Notes: a model not told the origin generated them from the sequence alone. DNA of 48,598 nt from Patescibacteria group bacterium (GCA_038063775.1 JBBTUK010000008.1:1-48598), one strand, 5' to 3'. Counted from the first letter of the stretch, positions 34,623-42,445 are shown. Numbers and translations are program-made.

Positions 34623-36983
34623 ATGGATAAAAAAGAAAATAAATCCGGTTGCGACTGCGGAAAAGCCTGCCATTGCTGCGAGGCGGAAAAGCTGACCGTA
34701 ACTTCCGGAAGCGAAATGGAAGCTAAGCAATATGAATATAATTTGCAGGGAAAACTTTCTCATAATGCGCACATCTCGCATGAGATGGCGCCTTCTGCGA
34801 GTGAAATGATTTATACTTGCATAATGCATTCCGAGGTCAGGCAAAAACAGCCCGGGAAATGCCCCAAATGCGGTATGGAACTAGTATTGGCTTCCGCTGA
34901 AACTAATAAGGCGGGCGAGGCTGGAAAAAAAGGAGAAGAACACGCGCCCCATGATATGAAAAAGATGAGCCATATGGATCATGAGGCGGCGATGACCAAT
35001 CCAGTTATGGCCAAGGCAATGGAAGCGGACATGCGTCGCCGGTTTTGGATTTCCTTGATTTTATCCGTTCCAATTTTTCTTTATTCTCCGGTAGGAGTAA
35101 ATTTTTTTAAATTGAATTTGCCGGCGCCTATTCCCATAAACTGGATTCTTTTTATTCTTACCACGCCGATTGTTTTCTGGGCTGGTTCGATTTTTATAAC
35201 CGGTACTTACTATTCTCTCCGGAGCCGGAAACTTAATATGTCTGTTTTGATCACAACGGGCGTTTTGGCCGCTTATTTATTCAGCGTCTTTTTGACGCTC
35301 TCGGGCGGAGAAGAAACTTTTTACGAAGCTGCGGCTCTGCTTGTGACATTTGTGCTTTTTGGCCATTGGATGGAAATGAAATCAAGAAGGGGAACATCAG
35401 ACGCGCTCCGTGCTCTTTTTGATCTGGTTCCTCCGCAGGCTAAAGTCATCCGCGAGGGCAAAGAAATAACGCTTCCGAGCTCTGAAATAGTCAACGGCGA
35501 TATTGTAATTCTCCGGCCGGGCGATAAGGTTCCGGTAGACGGGGATATTACAGATGGAGAAACAAATGTGGATGAATCACTGATTACGGGAGAGTCCTTA
35601 CCTGTGACAAAGAAAGTCGGAGATAAAGTCATCGGAGGGTCGGTCAACCAGACTGGCGCTGTCAAATTCAAAGCCACGCAAGTGGGCTCTGAAACAGTTC
35701 TGGCTCAAATCATAAAACTTGTGGAAACCGCTCAGAATTCCAAGGCGCCCGGTCAGCGCATTGCGGATAAAGCCGCGGCCTGGCTGGTAGTGCTGGCTAT
35801 CGGATCGGGCATATTGACCTTTTTGGGCTGGTATTTTGTGGCCGGGTCTTTATTTATAACTGCTCTGACTTTTGCCGTTTCCACGATTGTCATAGCTTGT
35901 CCTGACGCGCTCGGGTTGGCGACCCCGACCGCTGTGGCCGTTGGAACGGGGATTGGAGCCAAAAATAACATTCTCATCAAAGACGCTATGACCTTGGAAG
36001 GGGCTTCTAAAATACATGCCATTGTTTTGGATAAAACTGGAACTCTAACCAAAGGCAAGCCGAAAGTAACAGATGTAATTGTTGCCAATGAATTTTCCAA
36101 GGAAGAAGTTTTGCGGTTGCAGGCTTCCGTAGAATCCGGTTCCAATCATCCAATCGCCAAATCCATAATTGAAGAAGCTACAAAGCTTAAATTAAGTCTG
36201 GCAACTTTAAAATCTTTTGAATCAATTGCGGGATATGGCCTTAAGGCTCAGGTGGAGGGAAAGAATGTTTTGGTCGGAACGGAAAAATTGCTCAAAGACA
36301 ACGGCGTTCCTATTGGCCAGGAAATTCAACAAATTTTGGAACGCTTGGGAAACGAAGGAAAAACAGTGAGCCTTCTTTCAATCGACAGAGCATATGCCGG
36401 CGTTGTGGCGGTGGCCGATACGATCAAGCCAAGCGCTAAAAAAACTATCGCAGCTCTTTCCGAGCTTGGCATTGAAGTGGCAATGATAACCGGCGACAAC
36501 AAAAGAGTGGCGGAGGCAGTAGGAAGGCAGCTGGGAATAGAGCGCATATTTTCCGAAGTCTTGCCCCGAGAAAAAGCTAACTATGTAAAAAAACTTCAAG
36601 ATGAGGGGAAATTCGTGGCCATGGTGGGCGACGGCATAAACGACGCGCCGGCTTTGGCGCAATCCGATATCGGAATTGCCATCGGAGCCGGGACCGATGT
36701 CGCCATTGAAACTGCCAACATTGTTTTAATGAAGTCTGATCCCTATGACATTGTCGCTGCCATAAGATTAAGCAAAGCCACGGTCAGAAAAATGAAGCAA
36801 AATCTTTTTTGGGCAGCTATTTACAATATTTTGGCCATTCCTGTGGCGGCCGGAGTATTTTATAAATCCTTCGGCCTGTCGCTTCGGCCGGAAATGTCTG
36901 CGCTTCTCATGTCTGCGTCATCAATCATTGTCGCGACCAACGCCGTTCTTCTGAAAGGAGTATCCTCGCAGTTAAAAAAATAA
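34623..36983 (+). CDS. CopB-like P1B-type heavy-metal ATPase with a CPD (not CPC/CPH) transmembrane motif
   Basis: N-terminal [35 protein letters not shown] zinc-ribbon-like metal-binding domain. His/Met-rich stretch, [16 protein letters not shown] (TGT CCT GAC at 35898-35906), [22 protein letters not shown]. Confidence 0.85.
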   Translation: MDKKENKSGCDCGKACHCCEAEKLTVTSGSEMEAKQYEYNLQGKLSHNAHISHEMAPSASEMIYTCIMHSEVRQKQPGKCPKCGMELVLASAETNKAGEAGKKGEEHAPHDMKKMSHMDHEAAMTNPVMAKAMEADMRRRFWISLILSVPIFLYSPVGVNFFKLNLPAPIPINWILFILTTPIVFWAGSIFITGTYYSLRSRKLNMSVLITTGVLAAYLFSVFLTLSGGEETFYEAAALLVTFVLFGHWMEMKSRRGTSDALRALFDLVPPQAKVIREGKEITLPSSEIVNGDIVILRPGDKVPVDGDITDGETNVDESLITGESLPVTKKVGDKVIGGSVNQTGAVKFKATQVGSETVLAQIIKLVETAQNSKAPGQRIADKAAAWLVVLAIGSGILTFLGWYFVAGSLFITALTFAVSTIVIACPDALGLATPTAVAVGTGIGAKNNILIKDAMTLEGASKIHAIVLDKTGTLTKGKPKVTDVIVANEFSKEEVLRLQASVESGSNHPIAKSIIEEATKLKLSLATLKSFESIAGYGLKAQVEGKNVLVGTEKLLKDNGVPIGQEIQQILERLGNEGKTVSLLSIDRAYAGVVAVADTIKPSAKKTIAALSELGIEVAMITGDNKRVAEAVGRQLGIERIFSEVLPREKANYVKKLQDEGKFVAMVGDGINDAPALAQSDIGIAIGAGTDVAIETANIVLMKSDPYDIVAAIRLSKATVRKMKQNLFWAAIYNILAIPVAAGVFYKSFGLSLRPEMSALLMSASSIIVATNAVLLKGVSSQLKK

Positions 36984-37006
36984 TGATAAAAAAAGGAGGT
37001 GAAAAG

Positions 37007-37261
37007 ATGATTAATACAAAACACTTGCTCAAAGTAGCTTCCATTTGGATAAGCGCGGTTTATGTCGTCTGCTATCTTGGAGTGGCTCTTTTTCCGGCAT
37101 CTCGCCAATTGTATATGCGATATGCTCTTCATGCTGATGTCGCACTCCGGTCTGATTATTTCGGCTTCGGATACTTTATTTCCGGCCTGGTTATATGGAA
37201 TGTTGTAGCCCTGCTCAACGCCGGTTTTTTTGCTTATTTATTCAATACAATTAAAAAATAG
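37007..37261 (+). CDS. Small two-TM membrane protein
   Basis: A strong SD (GGAGG, 36995-36999) lies 7 nt before ATG 37007, so this start is preferred over the track start at 36983. Confidence 0.6.
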   Translation: MINTKHLLKVASIWISAVYVVCYLGVALFPASRQLYMRYALHADVALRSDYFGFGYFISGLVIWNVVALLNAGFFAYLFNTIKK

Positions 37262-37384
37262 CGGCCTAAGTAAAGTTTACGGTTTTGGGTTTTCTCGCGA
37301 TAAAGCTCCCGAAATAAAAGGATTCTTCCAACTTTCAAAGAGCTGTGTTAGAATTAAATTGATTCAATAATAATCAAGCGTTTT

Positions 37385-37714
37385 ATGGATTTTGAAGATT
37401 ACCAGAAGAAATCAAGAAAAACCGCCTTATATCCTGATGTTGGAAAAAATTATGTTTATCCAACTATTGGGCTGGCTGGGGAAACAGGGGAAGTTTCGGA
37501 AAAAATAAAAAAAGTTATCCGGGACAAAGGCGGCAAAATTGACGATGAAACCAGGAAAATGATAAAAAAAGAGCTTGGAGACGTCTTGTGGTATGTTTCG
37601 CAATTAGCCAGCGAGTTGGGCTTGTCATTGGACGAAATCGCGGAAAAAAACATAGAAAAACTTTATAGCCGCTTGGAGCGGGGCAAATTGCAGGGAAGCG
37701 GGGATAATCGGTAG
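37385..37714 (+). CDS. MazG-like nucleoside triphosphate pyrophosphohydrolase (single domain)
   Basis: GLAGETGEV...K..IRD and ELGDVLWYV motifs of the all-alpha NTP-PPase family. Confidence 0.8.
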   Translation: MDFEDYQKKSRKTALYPDVGKNYVYPTIGLAGETGEVSEKIKKVIRDKGGKIDDETRKMIKKELGDVLWYVSQLASELGLSLDEIAEKNIEKLYSRLERGKLQGSGDNR

Positions 37715-37727
37715 AAAAAATATCAAT

Positions 37728-37808
37728 ATGTCTAAATATATTCCAGTTATCGGAATGGAGATTCACCCCGTAAAATCCCGAGGCGGGATCACGGGGCAAG
37801 CGTCTTAA
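37728..37808 (+). pseudogene. Ghost gatB 5' fragment: 13 GatB-like codons (MSKYIPVIGMEIH) running into a hairpin. 26-codon upstream ORF.
   Basis: 10 of 13 residues match the real GatB N-terminus (MSKYKPTIGLEIH). The stop TAA (37806-37808) lies 3 nt before the real ATG. Confidence 0.7.
37766..37796 (+). repeat. 31-nt palindromic element CCCCGTAAAATCCCG-AGG-CGGGATCACGGGG
   Basis: CCCCGT/ACGGGG and ATCCCG/CGGGAT stems. Followed by CAAG + 11 nt + ATG, the same layout as at miaB. Confidence 0.85.
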
Positions 37809-37811
37809 ATT

Positions 37812-39281
37812 ATGAGTAAATATAAACCAACAATTGGCTTAGAGATTCATGTTGAGCTGAAGACCGAATCTAAGATGTTTTGTGACAGCAAAAACGGTTT
37901 AGGGCTGGAAAAGGAACCCAATGTGAACATTTGTCCGGTTTGCACGGGACAACCCGGAACTCTGCCGGTGCCGAATCAAAAAGCGATTGAATTCGTGCAA
38001 AAAGCCGGCTTGGCTTTAAATTGCCAATTGCGGGAAGTTTCCAAATTCGACCGAAAAAACTATTTTTACCCCGATCTCCCGAAAGGTTATCAGATTTCCC
38101 AATATGACCAGCCGCTCTGCGAAAAAGGAAAAATAGAAATTGGTGGAAAAGAAATCGGTATAACCCGGATTCATTTGGAAGAAGATACTGGAAAACTTAT
38201 TCACCCCAAAGGTGGAAAGTATTCACTTTTTGATTATAACCGAGCTGGTGTGCCGCTTATGGAACTTGTGACCGAGCCGGAGATTGAAAGCGGGAAAGAG
38301 GCTCGGATTTTTTGCCAGAAACTTCAGCAAATTTTCCGGTATCTCGAAATTTCCGAAGCGGATATGGAAAAAGGCCACATGCGCTGCGAAGTGAACATTT
38401 CGCTTTACAAAAATAGTGAAGATAAATTGAGCGGAACGAAAGTGGAAATTAAAAACCTAAATTCTTTCCGGGTGGTTGAAAAATCAATCGATTTCGAGAT
38501 TGAGCGCCAAAAAGCGGCCCTAGAGAGCGGAGAAAAAATTATTCAGGAAACGAGGGGCTGGGGTGAAAATAAGGGAGAAACCGTAACTCAGCGAGAAAAA
38601 GAATCAGCTCATGAATATCGATACTTTCCTGAACCGGATATTCCCACTTTGCGATTTACTCAAGAATACATAGAAAATTTAAGAAAAAAATTGCCGGAAC
38701 TTCCTGATGCCAAAGAAAAAAGATTCATCGAAGAATACAATTTATCCCCGGAAAATGTGGGTGTTATAGTAGGCGACAAAAATTTGGCTGATTATTTCGA
38801 GCATGTCGTCTCAGAAATAAGGGAAAAGATGGACTGTGGAGAACTTGATGTGGAAGAAAAAAAGTGCGTAAAATTAGCTGCCAATTATATGGTGAGCGAA
38901 TTACAGAAGCACTTGATCGAGAATAAAGAAACTATAGAGAACGTTAAGATAACACCGGAAAATTATGCAGAGCTGGTCGGATTTGTGGCGAACGGAAAAA
39001 TTAGCTCCAGCGGAGTTCAGGTTGTCTTGGAAGAAATGTATAAGAAAGGCGGAGATCCCTCCCAGATTATTGAAGAAAAAAATTTGCTTCAATTAAACGA
39101 TGAAAAGCATTTGGAAGAGATTGTTGATAAAGTTTTGAAAGAACACCAGCAATCTGCAGCGGATTATAAAAGTGGAAAAGAAAATGCTCTGCAATTTTTA
39201 GTGGGTCAAGTTATGAAAGAATCAAAAGGGAAGGCTAACCCGCAAATCGTGCAAGAATTACTAGGAAAGAAGCTGAAATAG
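37812..39281 (+). CDS. gatB: Aspartyl/glutamyl-tRNA amidotransferase subunit B
   Basis: IGLEIHVELKT and CPVCTGQPGTLP motifs, with a YqeY-like C-terminal tail. Confidence 0.95.
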   Translation: MSKYKPTIGLEIHVELKTESKMFCDSKNGLGLEKEPNVNICPVCTGQPGTLPVPNQKAIEFVQKAGLALNCQLREVSKFDRKNYFYPDLPKGYQISQYDQPLCEKGKIEIGGKEIGITRIHLEEDTGKLIHPKGGKYSLFDYNRAGVPLMELVTEPEIESGKEARIFCQKLQQIFRYLEISEADMEKGHMRCEVNISLYKNSEDKLSGTKVEIKNLNSFRVVEKSIDFEIERQKAALESGEKIIQETRGWGENKGETVTQREKESAHEYRYFPEPDIPTLRFTQEYIENLRKKLPELPDAKEKRFIEEYNLSPENVGVIVGDKNLADYFEHVVSEIREKMDCGELDVEEKKCVKLAANYMVSELQKHLIENKETIENVKITPENYAELVGFVANGKISSSGVQVVLEEMYKKGGDPSQIIEEKNLLQLNDEKHLEEIVDKVLKEHQQSAADYKSGKENALQFLVGQVMKESKGKANPQIVQELLGKKLK

Positions 39282-39352
39282 TAATAATATCGGGTGTGCA
39301 TAAGTCGTATTGCTTGAAATATCACAAGATGTTAGAATGGACAAAACATGAA

Positions 39353-39450
39353 TCCCGTTACAAAATTCACTTAAGACTTGAAATAACGGGATTTTCGCAA
39401 CAGTTTTTGTTTTTAATGCCATTAAATCGTATATCAAATTCGTAACGGGA
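39353..39450. mobile_element. MITE-like element (TCCCGTTAC... terminal inverted repeats) with TGAA duplication and an extra internal arm
   Basis: TCCCGTTACAAAATTC (39353-39368) against the reverse complement of 39435-39450, TCCCGTTACGAATTTG: 13/16. TGAA at 39349-39352 and 39451-39454. An internal TAACGGGATT (39384-39393) pairs with 39351-39360. Confidence 0.6.
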
Positions 39451-39572
39451 TGAAAAAGCTGAAATGGCCGAGCGCAATTAAATGGTTCTGCAAAGTGACA
39501 GGAAGGTCGCCCATAAAGGCGATTTTTTTTATGATATTTTTGGTTTTCAATAGTAATAAAAAACATTCGTGA
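39450..39572 (+). CDS. Candidate 40-aa hydrophobic peptide (MKKLKWPSAIKWFCKVTGRSPIKAIFFMIFLVFNSNKKHS)
   Basis: Open frame whose ATG is rebuilt by the MITE end, as at two verified genes. No SD and no homology recognised. Confidence 0.3.
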   Translation: MKKLKWPSAIKWFCKVTGRSPIKAIFFMIFLVFNSNKKHS

Positions 39573-39590
39573 TCCGAAAGGAGGGGCCAT

Positions 39591-39815
39591 ATGATAGGTG
39601 ACGGAATTCCGAAAAGGAGAAAAGGAGGATTGACAGAGACTAAGGTTGAGCAGGTGCCGTGTCCGATGCTGAAAGGAGCAACATGCAGTGCACCCAAAAC
39701 GAGGGCGAAACTTTCAGATCCATCAGCGTGTTTCGTCGACAATTCATGCGTTCCTGGGCAACGATTTCCCAAGGAATTCACCGAAGAAGCTCAGAAAGTA
39801 GTATGTCATAGGTAA
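39591..39815 (+). CDS. Candidate 74-aa basic, Cys-containing small protein
   Basis: Very strong SD (AAGGAGG, 39578-39584) 6 nt before the ATG, followed by a strong hairpin. The region looks GC-richer than its flanks by eye. No homology recognised, and it could instead be a structured RNA. Confidence 0.4.
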   Translation: MIGDGIPKRRKGGLTETKVEQVPCPMLKGATCSAPKTRAKLSDPSACFVDNSCVPGQRFPKEFTEEAQKVVCHR

Positions 39816-39837
39816 GACATGACTACGCGAAACAAAA

Positions 39838-39868
39838 GTCCCGGCGAGAGGAGCACCTCCGCCGGGAC
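39838..39868. terminator. Strong hairpin between the convergent small ORF and miaA. Terminator for miaA (T-rich on the minus side).
   Basis: GTCCCGGCG-A-GAGG-AGCA-CCTC-CGCCGGGAC. On the minus strand it is followed by TTTTGTTT. Confidence 0.7.
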
Positions 39869-39883
39869 GATATTATTTATGGG

Positions 39884-40783
39884 TTAATTTAGGAATTTTT
39901 TCACCTCCCTTTCAATTTCTTTATACCTTTTCAACCATACAATGCGTTTGTCTTTTCTGAACCAAGTCATTTGGCGCTTGGCATAATCCTTTTCGGCTAA
40001 ATAAACCCGTTTTTCCAGTTCGTACATAGATATTTTCCCTTCAAGATATAAAGGTACCCAGAAATAGCACAAGCCGAAACTCTGGATTTTTTTCCAGCTT
40101 AGCCCGTTTTTTCTTAAAGTTTTTACTTCTTCTATCAAGCCGGCCTGGAATCTTTTTTTCAGGCGTTTTTTTATTTTATCGTGGAGGAGCTCTCGGGGAA
40201 CATCCATTCCAATTTGCAGGAATCTATAATCAGTAGCCCGAAATCCGAAGATTATGCCTTGAGGAACTTTCCCGAGTTTTTGGCATATTTCGATGGCTCT
40301 TATAATCCGCACCTTGTTCTTTGAGTCAATATTTTTGGCTCGTTCCGGATCTACTTCTTTTAACATTGAGAATAATTTCCTCGCGTTTAACTTTCCTAAT
40401 GTTTCTCGGAGTTTCCAATCAGGCTTGACTTCGGGAAAATTTACGTCATCAACGACAGACTTTATCCAAAAGCCCGTTCCGCCACAGATGATAGGGACTT
40501 TTTTTCTTCCAAAAATATCCGAGATTATTTTTTCCGCCTCCCTCTTGAAAAGAGCGACGCTATAATTTTCCTTGGGGCTAACGATGTCCAACATCCAATG
40601 GCGGGCCATTTTCTGCTCCGATTTTGTAACTTTTCCGGTCCCCAGATCCATCTTGCGATATATCTGCCGGCTGTCAGCGGAGATTATTTCACCATTAAAT
40701 TTTTTAGCCAACTTAATCGCCACAGACGACTTCCCGGAAGAAGTCGGGCCGAGAATAACAATAATTTTTTTAGAAGTATTCAT
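39884..40783 (-). CDS. miaA: tRNA dimethylallyltransferase
   Basis: ILGPTSSGKS P-loop, ISADSRQIY and GGTGFW motifs. Confidence 0.93.
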   Translation of the reverse strand: MNTSKKIIVILGPTSSGKSSVAIKLAKKFNGEIISADSRQIYRKMDLGTGKVTKSEQKMARHWMLDIVSPKENYSVALFKREAEKIISDIFGRKKVPIICGGTGFWIKSVVDDVNFPEVKPDWKLRETLGKLNARKLFSMLKEVDPERAKNIDSKNKVRIIRAIEICQKLGKVPQGIIFGFRATDYRFLQIGMDVPRELLHDKIKKRLKKRFQAGLIEEVKTLRKNGLSWKKIQSFGLCYFWVPLYLEGKISMYELEKRVYLAEKDYAKRQMTWFRKDKRIVWLKRYKEIEREVKKFLN

Positions 40784-40823
40784 TTCTTTTGTTATCCCAA
40801 ACTCAATTCAGGCTATAAGTTAG

Positions 40824-40921
40824 TTGTCATTCCCGCCCCCGCTTTCGCGAGGATAAACTCCGGCGGGAATCCAGTATCAAAGCTTTTATGACTAGATTCC
40901 GGATCAAGTCCGGAATGACAA
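40824..40921. repeat. 98-bp compound palindromic element between miaB and miaA
   Basis: Outer TTGTCATT/AATGACAA. Inner ATTCCCGCC(N24)GGCGGGAAT and ATTCCGGA-TCAAG-TCCGGAAT hairpins. Confidence 0.8.
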
Positions 40922-40922
40922 T

Positions 40923-42317
40923 TTAAGTATTGCCTAATTTACCTTCGAGATTCCATATATTGGCTTTGGTTATTTTAACTTTCACAAATTGTCCCACCAA
41001 ACCTTTTTTATTTGAAATAATCTTAACATTTTTCATTGTGCGTGTTTTTCCGAAGTAGAAATCGCCCTTTTTGCTATCAATTAGCACTTCCAGTGTTTTT
41101 CCAATATATTTTTTGTTGTTGGTAAAAACGGTTTTCTTCAGAATTTCGTTAAGATATTTTTCTCGCCTGGCTTTTTCCTTTTTGGATACGTTATCCTTCA
41201 TCTTCCAAGCAACCGTGCCCGGGCGGGGAGAGTATTGTCCGAAATATACCATATCATACATTGCTCTTTTCATCATTTCGGCCGAGGCAAGAAAATTCCT
41301 TTTTGTTTCACCAGGAAAGCCGACAATTATATCCGAAGTTATGGAAAATAATTTTTGTGGCTTATATCTTTTGAAAGCTACTTTTATTTTTTTGATCAAA
41401 GTCAGATATTGATGGCTGGTATATCGGCGGTTCATTTTCCGTATAATTGCATCATTGCCTGACTGAATTGGTAAATGAAAACACTCGCAAATCTTGGGAA
41501 GCTTGGCAACTGTTTCAATCATTTCATCCGTGACGTCTTTGGGGTGGTTGCTGATAAAACTGATCCAAAAATGCCCGGGGATGGCATTGATCGTCCTAAG
41601 TAGTTTTGAAAAAGTAATGACTTTATCCTCCTTCGCTGATGCTTCGGCGGATGAATTCTTATCGATAAATCGATAAGAATTCACATTCTGTCCCAGCAAA
41701 ACAATTTCTTTGTACCTATTTTTAACTAAATTTTTAACTTCTTTTATTATTTCCTCCGCTGGCCGTGAAACTTCGCGTCCTCTGGCATACGGCACTACAC
41801 AATAAGAGCAAAAATTATTACAGCCGGTCATGATCGGAATGTAGGCCTGGAATTTATTGGCATGCTTAGGTTTAATGGATAGATAGGCAATGCTTTCTTT
41901 GTTTGGAGTATTATTACTTTGTGTAATTTTCAATTTTAAATTTTCAATTTTCAATGAATTTTTAATGATAAAATTTTCAAATGTTTTAAAATCGTTTATG
42001 GTAAAAAACAAATTCACCTTATTTTTCAAACGCCTTTGCACATCTTTCCTGTTTGCCAAGCATCCTGTGAGAACAATTTTCACTTTTTTGCTGCTTTTTC
42101 TCAAATTATGGATTTGTCCATAAGCCCGGTCTTCAGCCATCTGCCGCACGCCGCAAGTGTTGAAAACAACCAAATCCGCCTTCGCTAAAGCTTCGGCGGA
42201 CAAGTCCGCTCCTGGTAAAGGCGAAAAACCACAACTTTCTAGACAAGCGGCAATTCGCTCCGAGTCCGAATGGTTCATCTGACAACCAAGAGTCTTGATA
42301 TAATATTTTTTAGTCAT
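40923..42317 (-). CDS. miaB: tRNA-2-methylthio-N6-dimethylallyladenosine synthase (radical SAM methylthiotransferase)
   Basis: IKTLGCQMNHSDSE UPF0004 N-domain, the CNNFCSYCVVP radical-SAM cluster and a C-terminal TRAM domain. Confidence 0.93.
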   Translation of the reverse strand: MTKKYYIKTLGCQMNHSDSERIAACLESCGFSPLPGADLSAEALAKADLVVFNTCGVRQMAEDRAYGQIHNLRKSSKKVKIVLTGCLANRKDVQRRLKNKVNLFFTINDFKTFENFIIKNSLKIENLKLKITQSNNTPNKESIAYLSIKPKHANKFQAYIPIMTGCNNFCSYCVVPYARGREVSRPAEEIIKEVKNLVKNRYKEIVLLGQNVNSYRFIDKNSSAEASAKEDKVITFSKLLRTINAIPGHFWISFISNHPKDVTDEMIETVAKLPKICECFHLPIQSGNDAIIRKMNRRYTSHQYLTLIKKIKVAFKRYKPQKLFSITSDIIVGFPGETKRNFLASAEMMKRAMYDMVYFGQYSPRPGTVAWKMKDNVSKKEKARREKYLNEILKKTVFTNNKKYIGKTLEVLIDSKKGDFYFGKTRTMKNVKIISNKKGLVGQFVKVKITKANIWNLEGKLGNT

Positions 42318-42323
42318 AGTGAT

Positions 42324-42398
42324 TCATTCTTGCCCCGTACCAAGCCCTGCTTTGGTACTGGGGTGACAACCGAAAGTTTTAATAAGATATTTTTTCAT
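42324..42398 (-). pseudogene. Ghost miaB 5' fragment: MKKYLIKTFGC then hairpin-encoded residues. 24-codon upstream ORF.
   Basis: Compare the real MiaB MTKKYYIKTLGCQMN. The frame leaves MiaB homology exactly at TGT CA|C CCC. The stop TGA lies 6 nt before the real ATG. Confidence 0.7.
42333..42363 (-). repeat. 31-nt palindromic element (minus strand CCCCAGTACCAAAGC-AGG-GCTTGGTACGGGG)
   Basis: Same length, same central AGG, same CCCC/GGGG ends and the same 3' ACGGGGCAAG as the gatB element. Confidence 0.85.
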
Positions 42399-42445
42399 AA
42401 CAAAAGTATTTATCAGGATAACTTAAAATAGGAAAATTATCAAGT

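Noticed and set aside
39464-39480. TGGCCGAGCG resembling a class II tRNA D-arm
   Set aside because: No acceptor stem, anticodon arm or T-arm can be drawn around it.
39575-39870. Possible tmRNA or RNase P RNA, suggested by GGGGCCATATGATAGGTGACGGAATT resembling a tmRNA 5' end and AAAGTCCCGGCG resembling the RNase P P4 region
   Set aside because: There is no T-arm/acceptor 3' end (GGTTCGAATCC...CCA) and no tag reading frame for tmRNA. The AAAGTCCCGGCG segment simply pairs with the adjacent CGCCGGGAC as a local hairpin, and there is no room for a ~350-nt RNase P RNA before miaA. It is left as an unassigned GC-rich block.
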